Made by a program: the position numbers and the translations under genes. This document shows positions 1 through 6,331 of a stretch of DNA of 12,202 nt, one piece after another. The DNA comes from an uncultured archaeon (lineage in GTDB: Archaea > Asgardarchaeota > Jordiarchaeia > Jordiarchaeales > Jordiarchaeaceae): contig CAZECW010000026.1 of the NCBI GenBank assembly GCA_964510585.1, positions 1 through 12,202 of the forward strand, in the 5' to 3' direction. Within the stretch, counting starts at the first letter, position 1. Each line of letters opens with the position of its first letter. The notes under the pieces are model-generated. The model was not told the DNA's origin. It saw only the letters and a program-made list of their open reading frames with translations, and made no database searches.

Positions 1-180
1 GCCTAAATCGGCGCCCGAAAATCCCCACGGAGGGTTTTTCCGACCACTATCCTCTAAATGGGAAACCCCTAAAATAAACATAGTCAAGTGTCAACAATTT
101 TTGAATTAGTGAGAATATGGTGGATTATTCTCAGGGAGAGAGAATTGGGTACTTTATAGTTTTTTTAGCGTTTAGAGTGG

Positions 181-636
181 CTACTTGCTTCTTTTGCTAA
201 GTACTTGCTGTATGTATTTTTCTATGGTGTTCAGGGCAAACTCTGCAGTTTTAATTGCGTCTTTCGCATCGTCCTCCTTGTAGGATTTGCGGGGTGAAAC
301 TACTGTTCTCGCCCTGATTGCTGGGTAGCGGCTTGCTGTATACTGTTCCATTAGCCAAGATGTTTCACGAAAAACATTTCTAAGCTCTTCCACCCAGTCT
401 TGGGGTGCGTGGGTTATCACTTCAGCGGCAAAAAGGGCTCCTAAATCATGTTCGTACACTTGTGTTAGGCCCTCGCAGGCGAGTGTTGCCTTCATAGCCT
501 TTTCAACGCACTGTTGTGATTCGAAAACTACTTTGTGAAAAAACTTTTGTTTGAGAAGCTCTCTCGCTGCTTGCAAGTCAACTTTAGCTTCTTCAATTAG
601 TTCATATGCTAATTTAATTGTCAAGTCTGAGGTCAT
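181..636 (-). CDS. HEPN-domain protein (COG2250/PF05168-like), toxin-side partner of an MNT-HEPN pair, 151 aa
   Basis: Motifs A-x2-DL-x2-A, FESQQCVEKAMKA, HDL and C-terminal YTASRYP are typical of MNT-associated HEPN proteins. Start moved to the ATG at 636, which overlaps the MNT stop as ATGA (633-636). Confidence 0.9.
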   Translation of the reverse strand: MTSDLTIKLAYELIEEAKVDLQAARELLKQKFFHKVVFESQQCVEKAMKATLACEGLTQVYEHDLGALFAAEVITHAPQDWVEELRNVFRETSWLMEQYTASRYPAIRARTVVSPRKSYKEDDAKDAIKTAEFALNTIEKYIQQVLSKRSK

Positions 637-1055
637 TTTACCACCCATATGCCGCTTCTCGGATAGTACTTAATTTTGCCCGTTTCCACATCTTTAAATA
701 TTTCTTGGATTTTCTTCTCAAAGAATCCTGAGGGGTCAAAGAGAACCTGGTACCCTGAGGCTACTCCGAGAACAAGTGGGAATCTTGTGTCAACCATATA
801 GTTGAAGTCGTCTGGGGTGAAGGGCAGGCAGCGAACCGCCCTTTTAAGAAGCCAAGTTAAGTCAGTATCAACTCTAACTACTCTTTTACTAATGGAGGAA
901 TAATCCTCCTCGATGATTGCCAGAATGTCAATGTCGCTTGTGGGTTTCTCCCTCCCCTGCGCAAAAGAGCCAAAGAGAACCAGAGAAATCAAAGTATCCC
1001 TGAACTCTTCCCTGAAAGATTTTGCAATAATATCCTTTTCCTGCTCTGAAAGCAC
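633..1055 (-). CDS. Minimal nucleotidyltransferase (MNT), antitoxin of the MNT-HEPN pair, 140 aa
   Basis: LVLFGSFAQGREKPTSDIDILAI contains an exact GS-X10-DXD motif. GTG start is preceded by AGGGGT, and the gene is translationally coupled to the HEPN gene. Confidence 0.92.
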   Translation of the reverse strand: MLSEQEKDIIAKSFREEFRDTLISLVLFGSFAQGREKPTSDIDILAIIEEDYSSISKRVVRVDTDLTWLLKRAVRCLPFTPDDFNYMVDTRFPLVLGVASGYQVLFDPSGFFEKKIQEIFKDVETGKIKYYPRSGIWVVK

Positions 1056-1091
1056 TTTAAGAACCCCTTTCTCTAGTAAGCCCTTCTTACC

Positions 1092-1106
1092 TCATAAAGG
1101 TTTCTT
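1092..1106 (-). promoter_or_regulatory. Candidate BRE/TATA for the MNT-HEPN operon
   Basis: Minus strand reads AAGAAAC-C-TTTATGA about 37 nt upstream of the GTG. A 5-bp inverted repeat (GTAAG-N5-CTTAC, 1076-1090) lies just downstream. The TATA match is imperfect. Confidence 0.3.
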
Positions 1107-1115
1107 AGAGGCGGC

Positions 1116-1285
1116 GGCGATGTAGATTCACTCAGTTCCGCCCCTAAACGAAGCGCTTACAAGGCTTCTTTTCGATGAGCCTCAAAACAAATAGAAAAAT
1201 AGAACAATCCTATATCAACGGGTTCCAGGCGATGCAGATTCACCAAAATTTCTCCTCACCAAGTCGCTATGAAAAATAGAACAAT
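1116..1285. repeat. Interleaved direct repeats in A-B-A-B order in the MNT/XPD divergent intergenic region
   Basis: A = GGCGATG(T/C)AGATTCAC at 1116-1131 and 1228-1243 (15/16 identical). B = GAAAAATAGAACAAT at 1194-1208 and 1271-1285 (15/15 identical). Confidence 0.8.
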
Positions 1286-1397
1286 AACTACTAAAATGGG
1301 AAAATAAATTAAACTAAACTGTAGTTTGGGTTGAGAGTTCTGCTCAGCAGTTTTCTTTATAGTGCGTGGATGTTGAGGTTAACCATACCTTCTCTGA

Positions 1398-1413
1398 AGA
1401 AAAGCTATAAATA
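1398..1413 (+). promoter_or_regulatory. Candidate BRE + TATA box of xpd
   Basis: Purine-rich AGAAAAGC is followed by TATAAATA (1406-1413), about 56 nt upstream of the ATG at 1470. Confidence 0.5.
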
Positions 1414-1469
1414 ATTGCGAAAAAAGGCTGTAACCTAGTAGACAAGTGCTAGTTTGAAGAAGTGAGTGT

Positions 1470-3371
1470 ATGAGGAGGAAATTCTTGTTCCCTTATGAGC
1501 CGAGAGAGGGGCAAGAAGATTTCATGGAGTTTATCTCCAAGAATATTGATGAGGGCGCCGTGTGTCTCAACGCCTCCACCGGCTTTGGAAAGACCCCTGC
1601 AATTCTCGCCGCTCTTCTTCCCCAAGCTAAAAGGCATAAGATTATTTGGGCGGTGCGTACTGGAAACGAGACAGACAGACCCATAGAGGAACTGAAAATA
1701 ATTAATGACAGGTTGGGCAAGGAGTTCTTCGGCCTTTCCTATAGGGGTAAGAGGGACATGTGTCTCCTTGCCAGAGACATCAGGTTAGAGGAGGAAATGG
1801 ACTATCAAGATGTTTCCTTCCTCTGTGAGAATCGCAGAAAAAACTGTGATTATTACCTTGGATTACAAAATCTTGACGTGGAAGATTTCCTTGGAGGACC
1901 CAAACTCTACTCCGAGATTCTAAAGCTGTGCCGTGAGAAGGGTGTGTGCCCCTATTTTGCCCAGAGGGAGCTTCTACCGTACGCAGATGTGGTTTCACTC
2001 AGCTATAACTATATTATTGATGATGGAATGAGCTGGAGCGTCAAAAAATTGGTTCCTTTCTCGTCCAGCTTTCTTGTGGTAGACGAAGCACATAACCTTC
2101 AAAGCGCCTGCGGAAACCTGAACTCTGACCATATAACTCTGGGCACCCTCACCTATGCTTTAAGAGAGATTCAAAGGTTTAACTCTCTAGAGGCTCGCCG
2201 GGTTGAGAACCTCATCAACCGCCTAAGAAGCGAACTCCAACTCGTCTTCAAAGAAACACCCGGTGAGGAGATAGAGTTCAACCCTAAAAGTTTCCTTAAA
2301 AGCATGCTGCGAAAAATAGGGGCTAACATGGACTTGTTGGTGGAGGCTTTACACCTTATGAATGAGTACGGTGTGAAGGTCAGGCGGAGCCAATTGGAGG
2401 AGGGCAAAAATCCACGCTCCTCACTTTTTCACCTCTCAAACTTTTGGCTGGCGGTTATCGAAAACATGGATGTTCAGGGAGTAGCCTTCGTAGCTTCAAG
2501 AGAGGGGGAAAACATTGTTCTGGAGATGTGGGATATGAGAGCAGCAGAGATTCTCAGAGATAAGTGGAAAAGCTTCTATGGTTGCATCTTTTGTTCAGGC
2601 ACACTGAACCCCATCAAGGCATTCGCAGAAACCATAGGACTAGAAAACTATGCGGGGAAAAGTTTCCACTCCCCCTTCGACAGGAACAAGATAATTGCAT
2701 ACGTCACAAGAGGGTTAACCACTAGGGGGGAAGAACTCAGCAGAGAGATGGCAAAAGCCTACGTTGAAGCCATAGAGAAATTCGTCGACGCAGTTAACTC
2801 TAACATCGCCATTTTTACAAGCAGCTACCGTATTCAGAATGACCTCATCACAGCAGGTCTCAGAGAAATGGTGGAAAGCAAAGGCAGAGTTTTCTTTGCT
2901 GAGAAGGAAGGCATGAGTGGCGATAGTTCTAGGGAAATTCTTGACAGCTTCAAAGACGCAGCCTACGAAAAAAACCCAGGCGTCCTCTGCGCCCCATGCA
3001 CCGGAAGATTCGCAGAGGGAGCAGACTTCCCAGGAAGAGAACTTGAGGGAGTGTTCCTGGTGGGCATACCCTTCGACAGGATGAGCATAAAAACACAGCT
3101 CTACCTCAAATACTATGAAACCCTATACGGAAAAGAAAAAGGCACCTACTACGCCTACGTGGTTCCAGCACTAAGAAGAGCTTCCCAAGCCTTAGGCCGA
3201 GTACTAAGATCCAAAGAGGACCGAGGAATATTCATTCTAGGTGACGAACGCTACACTGAAAAACGATTTCAACAGCTACTCCCCGACTACATCCAAGAAA
3301 ACATACTAACAATTGAAACGCCCAATATCACAAGAGAATTGAAAAATAAGTTACATTCTTTTCCAAAATGA
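1470..3371 (+). CDS. xpd: XPD/Rad3 (DinG superfamily) Fe-S cluster 5'-3' DNA helicase, 633 aa
   Basis: Q motif FPYEPREGQ, Walker A STGFGKT, DEAH box, CSGTL, GRFAEGADFPG, GIPF and motif VI QALGRVLRSKEDRG. Fe-S cysteines are present in RDMC...LCENRRKNC...VCPYF. Confidence 0.93.
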   Translation: MRRKFLFPYEPREGQEDFMEFISKNIDEGAVCLNASTGFGKTPAILAALLPQAKRHKIIWAVRTGNETDRPIEELKIINDRLGKEFFGLSYRGKRDMCLLARDIRLEEEMDYQDVSFLCENRRKNCDYYLGLQNLDVEDFLGGPKLYSEILKLCREKGVCPYFAQRELLPYADVVSLSYNYIIDDGMSWSVKKLVPFSSSFLVVDEAHNLQSACGNLNSDHITLGTLTYALREIQRFNSLEARRVENLINRLRSELQLVFKETPGEEIEFNPKSFLKSMLRKIGANMDLLVEALHLMNEYGVKVRRSQLEEGKNPRSSLFHLSNFWLAVIENMDVQGVAFVASREGENIVLEMWDMRAAEILRDKWKSFYGCIFCSGTLNPIKAFAETIGLENYAGKSFHSPFDRNKIIAYVTRGLTTRGEELSREMAKAYVEAIEKFVDAVNSNIAIFTSSYRIQNDLITAGLREMVESKGRVFFAEKEGMSGDSSREILDSFKDAAYEKNPGVLCAPCTGRFAEGADFPGRELEGVFLVGIPFDRMSIKTQLYLKYYETLYGKEKGTYYAYVVPALRRASQALGRVLRSKEDRGIFILGDERYTEKRFQQLLPDYIQENILTIETPNITRELKNKLHSFPK

Positions 3372-3495
3372 AATTTTATCTGCCATCCAAAAAATTTGTT
3401 ATATGATCATAGGCTACCCGCTTTTCCATTTTTTCTACATTAAGCAAGATTCAGGGTAGGAAAAATCTGCTTCTAATCTTAAAGAACTGTTTTTT

Positions 3496-3879
3496 CTAAC
3501 TGGTGAAAAGCTTAAGACCTAGGGCTACTAAAGGCGTGAAGTGTTTCAGATTAAAAGTGTATAGTGATGCCTTCCGGTTTAAAGCTATTGCAGCTATCAT
3601 AGCATCAGTTCTTCGTACAGGCGTTCCCATACTTTCCGCTTTCAATTCTATTTCCGCGGAAAGCAAGGCGTCCCTCTTTGTATAATCAAGTACGGGTAAG
3701 AGCAAGACTTCCTTAACTGGTTTCGCATACTTTTGAAGGCCGTACAGTATCTCGTGGAGGTTTATGGTTGTTATTGCTATGTCTTCATTGCTGTCAATGA
3801 TTCTTTTCAGAGCCTCATCTCCCTTAGCAGATCTTTTTTCAAAAATTTCAATCAAAACATCAGTATCTACCACTATCAT
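3496..3879 (-). CDS. vapC: PIN-domain VapC toxin (ribonuclease), 127 aa
   Basis: N-terminal IVVDTDVLIE, ITTINLHE, DAMIAAIA and LYTFNLKHF give the PIN acidic-residue pattern. The ATG overlaps the vapB stop as ATGA. Confidence 0.93.
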   Translation of the reverse strand: MIVVDTDVLIEIFEKRSAKGDEALKRIIDSNEDIAITTINLHEILYGLQKYAKPVKEVLLLPVLDYTKRDALLSAEIELKAESMGTPVRRTDAMIAAIALNRKASLYTFNLKHFTPLVALGLKLFTS

Positions 3880-4088
3880 AGTCTACGCTCCGCCCTTCCC
3901 CCATAAATTTCAGAGAGCATCTTTTCCTTATTGCTGAATTCAACGCATCCCCTAAGCCTCTTCAAAGTTTCAATGGAATCTGTGCTTTCAACAAGTCTCT
4001 CAAAAAGGTCGCTAAAACTCTCTCCCTCACGCTTAATCCTCAACAATTTCTTATAGACCTCATCTCGAATCGTTATAGTTTTAGTCAA
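3876..4088 (-). CDS. vapB: VapB-like antitoxin (COG1753/PF02697 type), about 70 aa
   Basis: TKTITIRDEVYKKLLRIKREGESFSDLFERL matches the family consensus. Start moved to the TTG at 4088 (or 4091) behind GGGTGG. The track's upstream extension runs through the promoter. Confidence 0.88.
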   Translation of the reverse strand: MTKTITIRDEVYKKLLRIKREGESFSDLFERLVESTDSIETLKRLRGCVEFSNKEKMLSEIYGGRAERRL

Positions 4089-4108
4089 CAAGAGCCACCC
4101 AGAACAAT

Positions 4109-4134
4109 AATGTTTAAATTTATATTTAAACATT
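4109..4134 (-). promoter_or_regulatory. vapBC TATA box embedded in a perfect 11-bp-arm inverted repeat (putative autoregulatory operator)
   Basis: AATGTTTAAAT-ttat-ATTTAAACATT. On the minus strand GAAAAATG precedes TTTAAATA, about 35-40 nt above the vapB start. Confidence 0.7.
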
Positions 4135-4441
4135 TTTCAATAAAAAGGTAACCTCAACTCCCCAGCCTACAATGTATTATCCATTCCGCCACCGAACCTA
4201 TTCTGAAAATTGGCTTCAACAATCACTTCAGGTGGAAAAAGTTTCTATCCTTAATGAGGATTAAAAAGCTGAAAAGAAGAAACTCAGAGCCATCACTGGT
4301 TACAATATTTTTGCACTCGCCGCAACTAGGAGTAAGTGGCTCGTCCCGCCAACAATTCTTGTAAAGGTTATTCCCTTTTCCTGCCGTATACGGGAAGTAT
4401 ACTTTTTGTTTTTCTTTCGGAGCGAAGTGGGTAGTAATTTG

Positions 4442-4861
4442 TTAAGCTCCCGACAAATATACCATTATGAGCATTAGCAGGTTGTAATCCTTACCGGTAA
4501 TTAGAATCCAGTAGAAGATTTGAAGGAGCCCCCTTGGAAATCCATATAATATTATCCAGTAGAATTCACTTATAACCAAACCTACAAAGAATCCCAGCGT
4601 GAAGTCTATCCAGAAGTTATTAGGCTTCCAAAATTTTAGAACCACAAGGAGTACTACGATTGGAAGAGAATACATCCAGTGATGAATATGTGTTAAAGAA
4701 AGACTGAGTATGGCTCCTGGAAAAAAGGTGTGCTGAACCATAAGCACAATAAAGCTCAAAGCTATACCCAAAAGCCAAGCCCAAGACAGAAACTTACCAA
4801 GCTCTCCGCCAAATTTTCCAGAAAAAATATTCTCAGCAGCTTTCCCTTCGCCAGAAGACAT
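4442..4861 (-). CDS. Hypothetical integral membrane protein (3-4 predicted TM segments), 139 aa
   Basis: Several long hydrophobic stretches and a THIHHWMYS motif. Start moved to the ATG at 4861 (MSSGEG), which follows GGAGGTTGA. Confidence 0.75.
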   Translation of the reverse strand: MSSGEGKAAENIFSGKFGGELGKFLSWAWLLGIALSFIVLMVQHTFFPGAILSLSLTHIHHWMYSLPIVVLLVVLKFWKPNNFWIDFTLGFFVGLVISEFYWIILYGFPRGLLQIFYWILITGKDYNLLMLIMVYLSGA

Positions 4862-5082
4862 CAATCTCAACCTCCACATAGATTAAAGTGAAAACATCCT
4901 TCAAAAATGTGAATTCAACCCTAAAATCATCCAGAAATATAACTTTCCTCTCCTAAAAAGTTGACTTCCCTAAAAATGAGAAAACCACCCAACCACAAAC
5001 AGGTAAAAACTAGGGAAAAGCCAAAAAACAGCTCTTAAGAGACGGCCATCAACGTTTGGGTGGAATGGAAAAGTGATTATCG

Positions 5083-6018
5083 CTACTTGGAAGTTATCGT
5101 GTCTATGAAGAATCTAATGAATTTTCGAGCATTCACATCCACACACACGTTAATTTTAGATTTGCACTCCTCAAATTCTCCGACATTCTTCTCACTAACC
5201 ACAGTTTTCCCCAAAGTGACAAGGTTGTCAGTAACCACATTAACGTAAAACTCCTTGGTTCTCACAAACCCCCTATCAACCGCCACACCCACAGCCAAAA
5301 CATCATGAATGGGACAACCCCCCAACCTTCTATGCCCAGGAAAATTGAGGCTATACCTAAGCACACGATAAACAAAATCCGTCACCGGCGTCCCCACCCC
5401 ACGAATCTCCTCAATATCCTCACCGGTAATGAGGGTTTTCAGAGTCACATCCAAAGGCACCAGAGTCAAGGGCAAATCCGACTCAAATATTATTTTAGCA
5501 GCCTCAGGATCAGTATGAACATTAAACTCCGCATAGGGAGTAACATTACCCGGAACACTAATCGCCCCACCCATAACAATCACCTCCCCTACCCTTTCGC
5601 CCAAATCAGGCATCCTACCATAAGCTTCCGCCAAATTAGTAAGAGGACCACCTGCAACCAGCGTAATCTCACCAGGCCTCCTCAACACCTTTCCCACTAT
5701 GAGATCTATAGCCCCCATACACTTGTCCTGCACAGGGGGCAAAGGAAGAAAAGTTCCACCCAACCCATCCTCACCATGAACATGCTCCGCAGTCACCAGC
5801 TCCCTAACCAATGGGTGAGGCATACCCGCAGCAACAGGAACATCCAACCTACCCACCAGCCCCAAAACCCTCAAAGCATTCTTAGTAGCCTTCTCCAAAG
5901 AAACATTACCAGCAACAGTAGTCACCGCCTCCAAATCCAAAAAACCACACTTAACCGCAAAAAGAATAGCCAAAGCATCATCAATACCCGGATCACCATC
6001 ATAAATCAACCTAACCAT
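5083..6018 (-). CDS. Inosine-uridine preferring nucleoside hydrolase family protein (Rih/IunH-like), 311 aa
   Basis: N-terminal DGDPGIDD (DxDxxxDD Ca-binding motif), TTVAGN, HVHGEDGLG, GPLTNLA, VIVMGG, AEFN, DPEAA and PIHD. Start is the ATG at 6018 behind GGAGGT. The 52 extra N-terminal codons in the track are low-complexity sequence. Confidence 0.95.
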   Translation of the reverse strand: MVRLIYDGDPGIDDALAILFAVKCGFLDLEAVTTVAGNVSLEKATKNALRVLGLVGRLDVPVAAGMPHPLVRELVTAEHVHGEDGLGGTFLPLPPVQDKCMGAIDLIVGKVLRRPGEITLVAGGPLTNLAEAYGRMPDLGERVGEVIVMGGAISVPGNVTPYAEFNVHTDPEAAKIIFESDLPLTLVPLDVTLKTLITGEDIEEIRGVGTPVTDFVYRVLRYSLNFPGHRRLGGCPIHDVLAVGVAVDRGFVRTKEFYVNVVTDNLVTLGKTVVSEKNVGEFEECKSKINVCVDVNARKFIRFFIDTITSK

Positions 6019-6320
6019 CACAACAAACCTCCACAAAACAAACAACAAAAAACCCAAAAAAGAAAACAAACAAAACCACAACCAACCAACAACCACAACC
6101 AAACTCACCAAACAACCAAAACCACTCCCTAAACCAATAATACAATTTCCCACAAATAAAACTTTCAACAACAAAAAAATTGAAGAAACCCAATAATAAA
6201 CCTACAGACTTTAGGCAAACAAAGATCCAACCACAAATAAAAAGCCCAAAAACAAGAGTCGCAGCCCAAAAAAGAGACAAAACCTACCAAAGAACAAAAC
6301 CACAAAAAAATAAAAAGATG
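6019..6320. repeat. Low-complexity A/C-rich tract (G/T-rich on the minus strand)
   Basis: Positions 6021-6120 count A62 C35 G1 T2. No clean tandem period is visible. Confidence 0.9.
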
Positions 6321-6331
6321 GTTTTAAAAAC

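Noticed and set aside
913-2407. Short ORFs overlapping the MNT and xpd genes (913-1125, 1449-1637, 1493-1720, 1495-1686, 1780-1998, 2171-2407)
   Set aside because: They are alternative-frame or antisense shadows of well-supported genes and carry no motifs.
4223-4441. 72 open codons in frame after the membrane-protein TAA, including CWRDEPLTPSCGEC
   Set aside because: There is no ATG, GTG or TTG start or RBS, TAA is not a recoded stop, and I recognise no domain. At most it is a decayed remnant.
5305-6132. 275-aa + strand ORF
   Set aside because: It is an antisense shadow of the nucleoside hydrolase. Its H/Q/N/T/P/K-rich composition follows from the A/C bias, which depletes stop codons.
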